64,000 bases of DNA, from contig JAZNYQ010000050.1 of the NCBI GenBank assembly GCA_045594545.1, positions 194 to 64,193 on the forward strand, in the 5' to 3' direction. Position 1 is the stretch's first letter, and each line of letters opens with the position of its first letter. The translations under genes and the position numbers were made by a program. Below the pieces are notes generated by a model. That model was not told the origin of the DNA. It worked only from the letters and a program-made list of their open reading frames with translations, and made no database searches. This DNA is from Eubacteriales bacterium. Lineage in GTDB: Bacteria > Bacillota > Clostridia > Oscillospirales > UMGS1783. This document shows positions 1-9,706 of this stretch, one piece after another.

Positions 1-226
1 CCAGCGCCCCGCTCTCGATGTCAGACAGGATCTGCTCCAAGCCGCCGATGAGCGTGTCGGCATCTTCCTTGCTGATGATGCCGGTAGCGCCCAGCATCAT
101 GGCGTGCGCCATACTGCCGGTGATGTCCTCTTTATACATACGGGAGTCAAACCCGATCGAGGAATTGAAATCGTCTGCTAATTGTTCGGTTGTGCCGTCG
201 GTTCGTCCGGCCCACAACTTTGCCAT
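1..226 (-). CDS. argH: argininosuccinate lyase, N-terminal ~75 codons only (gene runs off the left edge)
   Basis: My translation of the minus strand from ATG at 226 gives MAKLWAGRTDGTTEQLADDFNSSIGFDSRMYKEDITGSMAHAMMLG, a conserved ArgH N-terminus. It starts 18 nt after the argG stop. It is absent from the ORF track because it is open-ended. Confidence 0.85.
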   Translation of the reverse strand, partial: MAKLWAGRTDGTTEQLADDFNSSIGFDSRMYKEDITGSMAHAMMLGATGIISKEDADTLIGGLEQILSDIESGAL

Positions 227-244
227 ATCCTTACTCCAAAAAAC

Positions 245-1459
245 TTATTTGCCGTCTACCATAGCCTGCACCTTGATAGGCAGACCGAACAGATTGATAA
301 AGCCCTCGGCATCCTGCTGGTTGTAATCGCTCTCACCAAAGGTGGCGATCTCTTCGCTGTACAGACTGTACGGACTCCATACGCCGGCATTGATCATGTT
401 GCCCTTGTACAGTTTCAGGCGCACCTTACCGGTAACCTTCTCCTGCGTCTTGTCTACAAAGGCCGACAGCGCCTCACGCAAGGGCGTGAACCATTGACCG
501 TTGTATACCAGTTCAGCAAAGGTAACCGACAGTCTTTGCTTTTCATGCATGGTCATCTTATCCAGACAGATCTGCTCAAGTACGCTATGCGCCTTATACA
601 GGATGGTGCCGCCCGGCGTTTCATACACGCCGCGACACTTCATGCCGACCAGACGGTTTTCTACGATATCCAGAATACCGATGCCGTTGGCACCGCCGAT
701 CTCGTTGAGTTTGAGAATAATGTTCTTGGCGCTCATCTTTTCGTCATTGAGCGCTACGGGCACACCCTGCTCAAAGTCGAGAGTGATATAGGTCGGCTTG
801 TCGGGCGCCTGCAGAGGCGAGATGCCCATCTCCAGGAAGCCTTCCTTTTCATACTGCGGCTCGTTGCCGGTATCTTCCAGATCCAAGCCCTCATGCGAGA
901 GGTGCCACAGATTCTTATCCTTGGAATAGTTGGTTTCCCGATTGATCTTGAGGGGAATGTCATGCGCCTCGGCGTATTCGATCTCTTCCTCACGGGACTT
1001 GATATCCCACTCACGCCACGGCGCGATAATGGGCATATTGGGCGCAAAAGCCTTAATGGTCAGTTCAAAACGCACCTGATCGTTGCCCTTACCGGTACAA
1101 CCGTGGGCAATCGCATCGGCACCCTCTTTGATGGCGATGTCCACCAACGCCTTGGCAATGCAAGGACGGGCATGGCTGGTGCCCAGCAAATATTCTTCAT
1201 ACACCGCACCCGCCTTCATGGTGGGGATGATGTAATTGTCTACATAATCGTCGGTAAGATCCAGCACATACAGTTTGGATGCGCCCGTCTTGATCGCCTT
1301 TTCTTCCAAACCTTCCAATTCATCGGCCTGTCCCACATTACCCGATACGGCAATGACTTCGCAGTTATTGTAATTCTCTTTCAGCCAGGGAATGATGATC
1401 GAGGTATCCAGACCGCCCGAATAGGCCAATACAACTTTTTTGATTTGTGATTTATCCAT
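245..1459 (-). CDS. argG: argininosuccinate synthase
   Basis: ORF 245..1525, trimmed to ATG 1459 ([20 protein letters not shown], with the SGGxDT ATP-binding motif). AGGAGC lies 5 nt upstream. Full-length ArgG-like sequence. Confidence 0.95.
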   Translation of the reverse strand: MDKSQIKKVVLAYSGGLDTSIIIPWLKENYNNCEVIAVSGNVGQADELEGLEEKAIKTGASKLYVLDLTDDYVDNYIIPTMKAGAVYEEYLLGTSHARPCIAKALVDIAIKEGADAIAHGCTGKGNDQVRFELTIKAFAPNMPIIAPWREWDIKSREEEIEYAEAHDIPLKINRETNYSKDKNLWHLSHEGLDLEDTGNEPQYEKEGFLEMGISPLQAPDKPTYITLDFEQGVPVALNDEKMSAKNIILKLNEIGGANGIGILDIVENRLVGMKCRGVYETPGGTILYKAHSVLEQICLDKMTMHEKQRLSVTFAELVYNGQWFTPLREALSAFVDKTQEKVTGKVRLKLYKGNMINAGVWSPYSLYSEEIATFGESDYNQQDAEGFINLFGLPIKVQAMVDGK

Positions 1460-1473
1460 TTTTTGCTCCTTTT

Positions 1474-1491
1474 TATGCATAAGTATGCATA
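1474..1491. promoter_or_regulatory. putative ArgR/AhrC-type operator (tandem TATGCATA palindromes)
   Basis: tatgcataagtatgcata lies between the argG promoter and RBS. It reads TGCATA-N2-TATGCA, similar to the ARG-box architecture. A related tgcatattga half-site lies at 1501-1510. Confidence 0.4.
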
Positions 1492-1512
1492 GGTTTTTCT
1501 TCAATATGCAGT

Positions 1513-1541
1513 ATAATACACCCATTTATAGGGTTTGTCAA
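1513..1541 (-). promoter_or_regulatory. sigma-A type promoter of argG-argH
   Basis: On the minus strand: TTGACA (1541-1536), 17-nt spacer, TATTAT (1518-1513). Confidence 0.6.
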
Positions 1542-1568
1542 GCATATTTCTGTATATTTTTACAGAAA

Positions 1569-3386
1569 TTACGGAAATTGTTCCCGCAGCCAGACATACA
1601 GTTTTTCCGCCGTTGTCCGGCTCATGCCTTTGACCTGCGCCAACTCCTCGACCGAGGCGGTTTTGATGGCCGAAAGGGTCTTAAAATGTTTCAAAATGGC
1701 ATTGGCCCGCGCCTTGCCGATGCCCTCAACAGAGGTGAACATACTCTCCAATGAGCGCCGACGGGCGGCGGCCGCATGGTAGGTGATGGCGAACCGATGC
1801 GCCTCTTCCTGCATCCGCCCGCACAGCGGGAAGATCTGCGGATGTTTATACAGCATAACCTCGCGCCCATCCTCAAATACCAACGACTTGGTACGGTGAC
1901 GGTTATCCTTTTTCAATCCGAAGATCGGCAGATACAGTCCCAACTCATTGAGAGCTTGCCGCACCGCCCGCACTTGCGGCAGGGCGCCGTCGGCAAAGAT
2001 GACGCTGGGCAGAGGCGCAAACGACTCATCCCCATCCAGATACCGCTGATAACGGCGGGACACCGCCTCTTTCATGCACCCGCAATCGTCATTGGCATCG
2101 GTGGCAATGCGGAATTTCTTATAACGATTTTTGAGAAATCCGCGGCGGCCGTATACCGCCATGCCGCACACCACGTCCGTACCCGACTGGTGCGAAATGT
2201 CGTAAATTTCAATGCTGTCCAGTTCGGCAATGCCCAACAGTTGCGACAACTCGAACATGGCTCGTTCATGCTCCTGCGTCTTTCCCTCACGGATGATGAG
2301 TTCTTCCTTGGCATTGCGCAGGGCCATAGCCACCAGTTGCTTATCCTCGGTACGATAAGGCTCAATGACCTGTACTCGCTTACCCGCCAACGCCGACAGG
2401 TATTCAGCCAGCATCTCCCGCTCATCGGGCAACACGCCGCACACCACCCGCCGCGGGATACGGGACGGGGCATCGCCGTAGTACAGTTTCAGATATTCAT
2501 TTATATAGGAAGATTCGCTGTCGATCTCCTCTTTTTTTACCGTGTGGCAGTGCTTGCTTACCAGCATTCCGCCATCGACACGCAACACATAGATGGCACA
2601 CAGTTGCTCGCCCGTCAACACCGTCAGATAATCGCCCGACAAGGTCTTGTCGCTGGCCACCGTCTGCTTTTCCAGAATGGAACGGATGGCTTTGAGCCGA
2701 TCGCGCAGCATCGCCGCCCGCTCAAACTCCAGCATCTCGGATGCCTGCTCCATCTGCGCTTGGGTGCTTTCCAGAATCTCGTGAATGTCACCTTTCAAAA
2801 ACTCTTTGGCTCCCGCCACTGCCGCCAGATAAGCATCGCGCGTAACCGCACCGCTGCACGGCCCCATACACCGCCCGATACGATAATTCAGGCACGGTTT
2901 GCGCCCTTTTCGGGGCTGCGGATTGTTGCAGGTAGGCAGACGGAAGGCGCGGTTGGCCGCCTCAATGATGGACTTGGCCGAACGGGAACCGTAGAACGGG
3001 CCGAAATACTCGCCCTCCTCGCCCAGCTTACGCGCCAGTTTCAGTTGCGGATAGTCATCCGTCGTCAGCCGAATAAAGGGGTAGCCCTTATCGTCTTTGA
3101 GTAAGATGTTATATTTCGGCTTATTTTTCTTGATGAGATTGTTTTCCAGAAGCAGGGCTTCCAACTGGCTTTTGGCCACGATCACATCAAAATCCCGAAT
3201 ATGCGAGACCAGTGCCGCCGTTTTCGGCGTATGTTTTTCGGGCGCACTGAAATAACTGTAGACACGCCGCCGCAACACGATGGCCTTGCCTACATAGATT
3301 ACCTTGCCCTCTTCATTTTTCATTAAGTAGACACCGGGCTCTTCCGGCAATCCCAGCGCCTTTTCGCCTAATTCCTTATACGTCAT
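1569..3386 (-). CDS. uvrC: excinuclease ABC subunit C
   Basis: 605 aa. GIY-YIG N-terminus (PGVYLMKNEEGKVIYVGKA) and a C-terminal HhH region. Typical UvrC length. Confidence 0.95.
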   Translation of the reverse strand: MTYKELGEKALGLPEEPGVYLMKNEEGKVIYVGKAIVLRRRVYSYFSAPEKHTPKTAALVSHIRDFDVIVAKSQLEALLLENNLIKKNKPKYNILLKDDKGYPFIRLTTDDYPQLKLARKLGEEGEYFGPFYGSRSAKSIIEAANRAFRLPTCNNPQPRKGRKPCLNYRIGRCMGPCSGAVTRDAYLAAVAGAKEFLKGDIHEILESTQAQMEQASEMLEFERAAMLRDRLKAIRSILEKQTVASDKTLSGDYLTVLTGEQLCAIYVLRVDGGMLVSKHCHTVKKEEIDSESSYINEYLKLYYGDAPSRIPRRVVCGVLPDEREMLAEYLSALAGKRVQVIEPYRTEDKQLVAMALRNAKEELIIREGKTQEHERAMFELSQLLGIAELDSIEIYDISHQSGTDVVCGMAVYGRRGFLKNRYKKFRIATDANDDCGCMKEAVSRRYQRYLDGDESFAPLPSVIFADGALPQVRAVRQALNELGLYLPIFGLKKDNRHRTKSLVFEDGREVMLYKHPQIFPLCGRMQEEAHRFAITYHAAAARRRSLESMFTSVEGIGKARANAILKHFKTLSAIKTASVEELAQVKGMSRTTAEKLYVWLREQFP

Positions 3387-3390
3387 TTCT

Positions 3391-3422
3391 TAAAAAATAT
3401 GCCCCAAACTCTTGGGGCATAT
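3391..3422 (-). terminator. rho-independent terminator after ptsH
   Basis: Stem atatgccccaa/ttggggcatat (3397-3422) with a 4-nt loop, followed on the minus strand by a T6 run (3392-3397). Confidence 0.75.
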
Positions 3423-3424
3423 CC

Positions 3425-3688
3425 TCAATCACCTAACTTGTTTTCTACCAAATCAATCAACTCTGCCAAGGCGTTTTCCTCGTCCACACCGTCGGCAATG
3501 ATCGTAAACTCGATATTTTGCACAACCCCCATGGATAACACACCGAGCAGCGACTTGGCATTGACATGCCGCTCATCCTTTTCAATCCAGATGGAAGATT
3601 TAAATTCATTGGCCTTTTGTACAAACGCTGTTGCCGGACGGGCATGCAACCCGATCTGATTTGTAGCGGTTACCTTTCCGGATACCAT
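3425..3688 (-). CDS. ptsH: phosphocarrier protein HPr
   Basis: 87 aa. His15 motif GLHARPA and regulatory Ser46 motif NAKSLLGVLSMG. Confidence 0.9.
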   Translation of the reverse strand: MVSGKVTATNQIGLHARPATAFVQKANEFKSSIWIEKDERHVNAKSLLGVLSMGVVQNIEFTIIADGVDEENALAELIDLVENKLGD

Positions 3689-3864
3689 ATATCTACCTCC
3701 CTCTTTATTTACTTGGTATTATTATCATACCACAGAATGATTAAAAAAGATACCGTCAATTTTAACAAATTTCCATTATTTTTCATTTGCACTTTTGTCT
3801 ATTTTTACTAAACGCATAACCTCTCACAAAACGCAAACACTAAAAATCAGAAAGTGAGGTAGTT

Positions 3865-4908
3865 ATGAAACGGAAAAAATTTCTTATGATCATTGTCAGC
3901 GCCCTTTCCTTTGCCGCGCTGTTTATCAATACCGTCGGCCCGACGCCCATTGCCACCGTAAACCAGAAACACCGCCCCCAAACTCTGCTCATCGGCGGAC
4001 AAACCTTTGGCGTTAAGTTTTATACGCAGGGCGTTATGGTGGTCGATATGAGCGCCTTTGAAACCGAAACGGGTATGTGCAACCCCGCCAAAAGCGCAGG
4101 CCTGCGCGTGGGCGATATCATTCTCTCCATCAACAGCCAGATCGTGTCCACCAATAACGACATCGCCGAACTGGTAGAGGCATCCAACGGCAACGCACTG
4201 ACCATCGAATATTCCCGCTCAGGCAAAGTAAACGTGCTGGCCGTCTCACCCCTGTACAGCACCGTACAAAAGGCATACAAACTGGGATTGTGGGTGCGGG
4301 ACAGCACCGCGGGCGTGGGTACCGTCACCTATATTGATCCGCACAACCGCCGCTTCGGTGCACTGGGTCACGGCATTTCCGATGTCGATACCGGCCAACT
4401 CATGCCTCTGTCCGACGGCGATGTCCTGCAAGCCTATATCGGCGCCGTTGTTCCCGGTCAGAAAGGAAAACCCGGTCAGTTAAAGGGCGCCTTTGTCGAA
4501 GATGCCCGCTACGGCTCCTTGGATATCAACAGCAACCAAGGCGTTTTCGGCACCATTACCGGCAACGCCTTATTAAATAATGAAGAATTTCCCGTCGCAA
4601 CCGCCGATCAGGTGCACACAGGCGAGGCCACCATCCGTTCCACCGTCGACGGTTTTACGACAAAAGATTATACCATTGATATCGAAAAGGTCGACCTCAA
4701 AGGCAACGACACCAAAAACTATGTCATCCGCATCACCGACAAGGAACTGCTCGCCATCACCGGCGGCATCGTACAGGGCATGTCCGGCTCGCCCATCTTA
4801 CAGGACGGACGCATCATCGGCGCTCTCACCCACGTCCTCATCGGCGACCCCACCACGGGATATGGCATCTTCATCGGCAACATGCTCGACGCCGACGACC
4901 TCTCTTAA
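3865..4908 (+). CDS. spoIVB: SpoIVB peptidase (S55 signalling serine protease, PDZ domain)
   Basis: 347 aa. N-terminal TM segment, PDZ-like segment (AGLRVGDIILSINS), GALGHGI and GMSGSPI catalytic motifs. GTGAGGT RBS. Confidence 0.9.
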   Translation: MKRKKFLMIIVSALSFAALFINTVGPTPIATVNQKHRPQTLLIGGQTFGVKFYTQGVMVVDMSAFETETGMCNPAKSAGLRVGDIILSINSQIVSTNNDIAELVEASNGNALTIEYSRSGKVNVLAVSPLYSTVQKAYKLGLWVRDSTAGVGTVTYIDPHNRRFGALGHGISDVDTGQLMPLSDGDVLQAYIGAVVPGQKGKPGQLKGAFVEDARYGSLDINSNQGVFGTITGNALLNNEEFPVATADQVHTGEATIRSTVDGFTTKDYTIDIEKVDLKGNDTKNYVIRITDKELLAITGGIVQGMSGSPILQDGRIIGALTHVLIGDPTTGYGIFIGNMLDADDLS

Positions 4909-4945
4909 TTTTCTTCCATCTTTATCCTCTAATAAACTATCAAGG

Positions 4946-4980
4946 AAAAAACAGCAAGTCAAAACTGACTTGCTGTTTTT
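4946..4980. terminator. bidirectional stem-loop terminator between spoIVB and the araC-family gene
   Basis: aacagcaagtc / gacttgctgtt stems (4950-4977), flanked by an A-run and a T-run. It overlaps the stop of the convergent AraC gene. Confidence 0.7.
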
Positions 4981-5732
4981 CTGTATTCTGACGGTGTTAT
5001 GCCCGTCATCTCCTTAAACGCCCGGTTAAAGCTGTTCAATGCGGAAAAACCGCAAAGCATTGCCGCCTGGGAAATATTACTTCCCTGCTCGCTCAGCAGC
5101 ATTTTCGCATGCTCCACACGGTAAAGAGACAGTAACTTGGAAAAATGCATCCCTGTCAGCGTGTGTAGCGAATGGGACAGATATTTTTCGTTGTATCCAA
5201 ATTCCTTAGCAATACTCCTTAAGGAGATATCCTCACAAAAATGGGCAGAAATGTACGAGATGACTTTTTGATATAAGACACTGTCCAACTTCCCCGCCGT
5301 TTCAAATTCCCCCTGTTCCACGACCTTAGCACAAATTAGATTGAGATAGCCGCCGATCAGTAAGGGGCTTTCTTGCTTAATGGCAGGAAAGCAGTCAAGG
5401 ATCTGTGTTAGTTCGCCGGCCGCAACCGACTGAGGCTTCAGTCTTCTTTTCCCGGCAATTCGAAAATACAGGGGGATATAGTCGTTGGAAAATACGGCGC
5501 AAACCACCTGTGCCCGGGTAGCTGGATACTGATGGATATAATTCGGCGGCAACCAAATCAAATGTTTTTCCTGCAGCGTAATGTGTTTGCCGTTGATCAC
5601 CACATTGCAAATCCCTTTTTTACAGTACAGCAGTTCACTGTACTCGTGCAGGTGGCTTTCCATCACCCATCCGTCGTGATAATTGCAGCGGAAATCGTAG
5701 CTGCCCTTAAAATTTTCCAGCTGATACTTCAT
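4959..5732 (-). CDS. AraC family transcriptional regulator
   Basis: ORF 4959..5741, trimmed to ATG 5732 (AGGTGA RBS). N-terminal cupin-like region and a C-terminal double HTH (AAMLCGFSALNSFNRAFKEMTGITPSEYR). Confidence 0.8.
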   Translation of the reverse strand: MKYQLENFKGSYDFRCNYHDGWVMESHLHEYSELLYCKKGICNVVINGKHITLQEKHLIWLPPNYIHQYPATRAQVVCAVFSNDYIPLYFRIAGKRRLKPQSVAAGELTQILDCFPAIKQESPLLIGGYLNLICAKVVEQGEFETAGKLDSVLYQKVISYISAHFCEDISLRSIAKEFGYNEKYLSHSLHTLTGMHFSKLLSLYRVEHAKMLLSEQGSNISQAAMLCGFSALNSFNRAFKEMTGITPSEYRKTASQF

Positions 5733-5836
5733 TTGTGTCACCTAACCTTTTGGCTATATTATGTCGCAAGCTGGCTCGTATGTCAATAAAAATATGATAT
5801 AATATAAAATATCTTCTATAATAAGGAGCAATATTT

Positions 5837-6946
5837 ATGCGTTGGAGCAAAGAAAGAATTTGGAACTGGTACAACGCCCGCCCTTGGATGCGTGGCTGCA
5901 ATTACATGAGCGCCGACTGCGCTAACCGCATTGATCAGTGGCAGGAGTTGGGGTTTGAAGAGCGATTCCAAACCACAGAGCAGGAACTGAAGCTGATGCA
6001 GGAAACAGGCTTCAATACCGTCCGCCTGATCCCGGAATTCATTGTGTGGAAAGAATCGCATGACGGCTTCATGGAACGCTTTGAGCGCTACATCGCCCTG
6101 TGCCATAAGTATGGCATGTCTTGCATGATCGTGCTTGCCAACGATTGCATGCCGCCCAAAACAGAACGTTGGAAGATGCCCTATATCGGTCAGCAGCAAT
6201 TTGATTGGGGCTACCATGGCGGCAAAATGCATTCTCAGCACGGTGTGCATACAGACCCCGCGCCCCATTTTTACTTGGATGATCCCGTAACCAGAGAGGA
6301 GTATTTTGCATTTGTCCGGGAATTGGTCAGTGTCTATCGCAGCGACGAACGAATTTGCATTTGGGATGTATATAACGAACCGGGCAACAGCAGGCGACAG
6401 GCCCTTACCGTTCCCAACATCAAGCGCATATTCGAGATCGTCCGCAGCATTGATCCCATCCAACCTTTGACTGCAGGTGTATTCCGCATAAAAGGTGACG
6501 AGAGCATCCCTCTTTGTGAAGCAGAGCAATATGCGCTGGATCATTCTGATATCATTTCTTACCATTTTTACCGCGATTACAACGAGCATATCAAAATCAT
6601 TAAGCGGCTAAAAAAGGAAGGTCGCCCCATTGTCAACACCGAATGGTTGGGTCGTTGCCTTGGCAATGATGTGTTTTCCTTGTTCCCTCTGTTCTACCTG
6701 GAGAAGATCGGCTGCTACAACTGGGGGTTTGTAGCCGGCAAATATCAGACCTACGAGCCTTGGGAAGGGACCTGGAGCGATTATTACAACGGGAACAACA
6801 CTAATGTGGATTTCACCAAATGGTTCCACGATCTCTATCGCCCGAATCACCGCCCCTATGATCCCAAAGAGATTGCGCTCATAAAGGAATTTTGCGCCTT
6901 GGCGGATACAGAGTATGACACATCAAAAAACGAAAAATTTGATTAA
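5837..6946 (+). CDS. intracellular clan GH-A glycoside hydrolase (GH5-like; specificity unknown)
   Basis: 369 aa with no signal peptide. WDVYNEPG (acid/base NEP) and IVNTEWL (nucleophile TEW) motifs typical of (beta/alpha)8 clan A hydrolases. AAGGAG RBS. Confidence 0.6.
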   Translation: MRWSKERIWNWYNARPWMRGCNYMSADCANRIDQWQELGFEERFQTTEQELKLMQETGFNTVRLIPEFIVWKESHDGFMERFERYIALCHKYGMSCMIVLANDCMPPKTERWKMPYIGQQQFDWGYHGGKMHSQHGVHTDPAPHFYLDDPVTREEYFAFVRELVSVYRSDERICIWDVYNEPGNSRRQALTVPNIKRIFEIVRSIDPIQPLTAGVFRIKGDESIPLCEAEQYALDHSDIISYHFYRDYNEHIKIIKRLKKEGRPIVNTEWLGRCLGNDVFSLFPLFYLEKIGCYNWGFVAGKYQTYEPWEGTWSDYYNGNNTNVDFTKWFHDLYRPNHRPYDPKEIALIKEFCALADTEYDTSKNEKFD

Positions 6947-7856
6947 ACTCGAGAGCAGCAATTGGAGCGCTGTAATTGATCTAACACATGGAGCAAACTG
7001 CATAAGCCTGCGAAACAAGAAATACAATGCAAAGTTGCTTAGAGAGCCACCAATAAGCCATGAACTCGACAATCCATACCTTTACGGCATGCCGATATTG
7101 TTCCCTGTAAACCGAATTGAAAACGGAAGTTTTGAATTTGAAGGCAGAAATTACGTTTTTCCCATAAATGAGCCATCAACAAACTGTCATTTGCACGGTA
7201 AATTACATAGAACGGCATTTGTGCTGACAGACAAAACCGATAATAAAATAAGCTGCCGTTACTCCGCAACAAAAAACAAACCGTATCTTTCCTTTCCTCA
7301 CGAATTTGAGGTCGTTATGGAATACGAATTAACAGGCAACGGTTTTTATCACACGGTAACGGTAAAAAATCTCTCAAAAGAAAATATGCCTCTATTTCTG
7401 GGATTTCACACCACATTCAACACCTTATTTGCAAAGGAAAGTCGTTCTGAAGATATCCGTGTGTTTGCGGAAATTTCCGAGGAATATGAGCGCAATATGG
7501 AAGTCAACTATCTGCCAACAGGAGTAAAGCCGCCTTTTGATGCCGTTTCAATGGCGTTATCCGAGGGTATGTTTAAGCCTTTTGAGAAAAAAACAAGCAA
7601 GCATTACCGCGGAAAAGGGATCATGTCGATTACAGACATTGGCAAAAAATTACGAATGATATATGAAAACGATGAAAAATACGGATTTCGGCTTATCTAC
7701 AATGGCGGCAGTGACGGATACATTTGCCTTGAACCACAGACCTGCCTTGCCAACTGTCAAAATTCTCCCTTTTCAAGAGAAGAAACAGGTTTTGACTTTT
7801 TGCAACCAAGAGAGAGTAAAACCTACCGATCAAAAATATTTTTGGAGGAATTATGA
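6915..7856 (+). CDS. aldose 1-epimerase family protein
   Basis: 313 aa. GMPILFPVNRIENGSFEFEGRNYVFPINEPSTNCHLHG matches the mutarotase-family core. The start is uncertain because it overlaps the GH gene by 32 nt. Confidence 0.7.
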   Translation: MTHQKTKNLIKLESSNWSAVIDLTHGANCISLRNKKYNAKLLREPPISHELDNPYLYGMPILFPVNRIENGSFEFEGRNYVFPINEPSTNCHLHGKLHRTAFVLTDKTDNKISCRYSATKNKPYLSFPHEFEVVMEYELTGNGFYHTVTVKNLSKENMPLFLGFHTTFNTLFAKESRSEDIRVFAEISEEYERNMEVNYLPTGVKPPFDAVSMALSEGMFKPFEKKTSKHYRGKGIMSITDIGKKLRMIYENDEKYGFRLIYNGGSDGYICLEPQTCLANCQNSPFSREETGFDFLQPRESKTYRSKIFLEEL

Positions 7857-8542
7857 GCATGAAAATCACTTGGCTCGGCCAAGCAGGATTGTTGTTTGAA
7901 TCCAACGATATCAGAATCATGATCGACCCCTATCTTTCAAACAGCGTTGAAGCCATACAGCCTCATTTTTGGCGAAGAGTCCCTGTTGACGAAAGTTTTT
8001 TTGAAATAACCCCAGATGTGATCATACTAACACACGATCATCTCGATCACACCGACCCCGATACCTTGAAGCACTTTCTTGGAGAAAATACAAAGGTTTG
8101 TGTATTGGCATCGGAAAATGCATGGGATAAGGTGAGAAAAGAATTCGGAGGGATCAAAAACAACTACGTACAATTTAATCGCGGAACTGAGTGGACAGAA
8201 AAAGGAGTTCAATTTAGGGCGATATATGCGGAGCATTCCGACAGCCACGCCATTGGTGTAGTAATCGTCAATTCGGATGGAACGACCTATTATGTGACCG
8301 GCGATACTTTATATAATAAACGGATATTTGACGACCTTCCCGATCATATCGACTATATATTTTTACCTGTAAACGGCGTTGGTAATAATATGAACATGGC
8401 AGACGCCAAACGTTTTTGCGAGCAGCTCGGCGCCACAGCAATCCCTTTGCATTGCGGGCTTTTTGATGAATTGGATTTTAATGATTTTAAATATGAAAAC
8501 AAAATCATTCCCGATTTTTTTAAGGAGATTAATTTGAAATGA
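7853..8542 (+). CDS. MBL-fold metallo-hydrolase (candidate lactonase)
   Basis: 229 aa. HDHLDHTD metal-binding motif. The 4-nt overlap with the previous gene suggests translational coupling. Confidence 0.7.
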   Translation: MSMKITWLGQAGLLFESNDIRIMIDPYLSNSVEAIQPHFWRRVPVDESFFEITPDVIILTHDHLDHTDPDTLKHFLGENTKVCVLASENAWDKVRKEFGGIKNNYVQFNRGTEWTEKGVQFRAIYAEHSDSHAIGVVIVNSDGTTYYVTGDTLYNKRIFDDLPDHIDYIFLPVNGVGNNMNMADAKRFCEQLGATAIPLHCGLFDELDFNDFKYENKIIPDFFKEINLK

Positions 8543-9690
8543 AAATTACAAAACTGGAACTTATTAAAATTAAACCTCGCTGGATGTTTTTGAAAATGCA
8601 TACCGATACCGATCTTTTCGGCTTAGGCGAGCCGGTATTGGAAGGTCATTGCACAGCGGTAGAGGCAGTTATCAACGAATTTGAAGAATATCTCATCGGA
8701 AAAGACCCCCTAATGATCGAGCATCATCTTCAGGCGCTCTATCGGGGCGGATTCTACCGCGGTGGACCGCTAATGCTCTCTGCTATTAGCGGCATTGAAC
8801 AGGCTATGTGGGATCTCAAAGGAAAATATTATAACTGCCCTGTTTATGAAATGTTGGGAGGCAAATGCAGAGATAAGATCAGAATGTATACCCACATAAA
8901 GCGCACGGCCGTGCAGGGAGAATTTTCTGTTGATGAAATGCTCGATATTGCAGATCAACGCATTGCAGAAGGATATACCGCGCTGAAATACTCCATCATT
9001 CCCCCCATCCGTCAGGTGGACACCCCGACCAACACCAAAGCCCACGTGGAACGTTTTGCCCGTATTCGTGAGCATATTGGATGGGATATTGATCTGGCAA
9101 TTGACTTTCACGGTCGAGTAAGCCCCGCTATGGCCATTCGCCTTGCCGAAGAACTGAAACCCTATATGCCGTTCTTTATCGAAGAACCTTGCTTACCGGA
9201 AAATGTAGACTGCATGGTCAATATCGCTCGTTCCACCACCATCCCCATTGCAGCGGGAGAACGCCTTTTCAGTAAATGGCAATATCGAGAGTTAATTGAA
9301 AAACAGGCTGTAAGTATCATTCAGCCCGATATCTGCCATTGCGGTGGTATTTTTGAAGGACGAAAGATCGCCACAATGATGGAACTCTATTACGGATCTA
9401 TTGCACCCCATAATCCCTTAGGACCCGTTTCCTTAGCTTCCTGCCTGCAAGTAGATGCCTGCTCCCCCAACTTCCTTGTGCAGGAACATCCCGGAAATCC
9501 CGACAAGGGCGATCTTGGGGTTGGTTACCTAAAAGAGCCGTTTGTAATTAAAGACGGCTATATTGAAATTCCACAAAAGCCGGGACTTGGTATTGAACTG
9601 GACGAAAAAGCGATTACAGAAAAAATCTATGATGGCAAATGGACCACACCTCGTCAGTATTTTGAGGACGGCAGCATCGCAGATTGGTAA
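8539..9690 (+). CDS. dgoD: galactonate dehydratase-like enolase-superfamily enzyme
   Basis: 383 aa. N-terminus MKITKLELIKIKPRWMFLKMHTD..GLGEPVLEG..YRGGFYRGGP..ISGIEQAMWDLKGK closely parallels E. coli DgoD as I recall it. Confidence 0.8.
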   Translation: MKITKLELIKIKPRWMFLKMHTDTDLFGLGEPVLEGHCTAVEAVINEFEEYLIGKDPLMIEHHLQALYRGGFYRGGPLMLSAISGIEQAMWDLKGKYYNCPVYEMLGGKCRDKIRMYTHIKRTAVQGEFSVDEMLDIADQRIAEGYTALKYSIIPPIRQVDTPTNTKAHVERFARIREHIGWDIDLAIDFHGRVSPAMAIRLAEELKPYMPFFIEEPCLPENVDCMVNIARSTTIPIAAGERLFSKWQYRELIEKQAVSIIQPDICHCGGIFEGRKIATMMELYYGSIAPHNPLGPVSLASCLQVDACSPNFLVQEHPGNPDKGDLGVGYLKEPFVIKDGYIEIPQKPGLGIELDEKAITEKIYDGKWTTPRQYFEDGSIADW

Positions 9691-9706
9691 TATGGAGGAA
9701 TCAAAA

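Noticed and set aside
182-1450. Long antisense ORFs opposite clearly identified genes. Examples: 182..1450(+), 1776..3104(+), 35579..36361(+), 38072..39022(+), 39972..41102(+), 46830..47900(-), 52604..54100(-), 55472..56167(-), 57025..57570(-).
   Set aside because: Each lies fully within, and opposite to, a gene with strong family motifs. Their translations are low-complexity and rich in Arg, Gly, His and Gln, as expected for shadow frames in GC-rich coding DNA. None has an RBS.
3814-3844. Possible forespore (sigma-F/G) promoter upstream of spoIVB: GCATA-N19-CACTAAA.
   Set aside because: The spacer is 1-2 nt longer than the consensus I recall, and the -10 match is weak. It is biologically plausible but not supportable from sequence alone.
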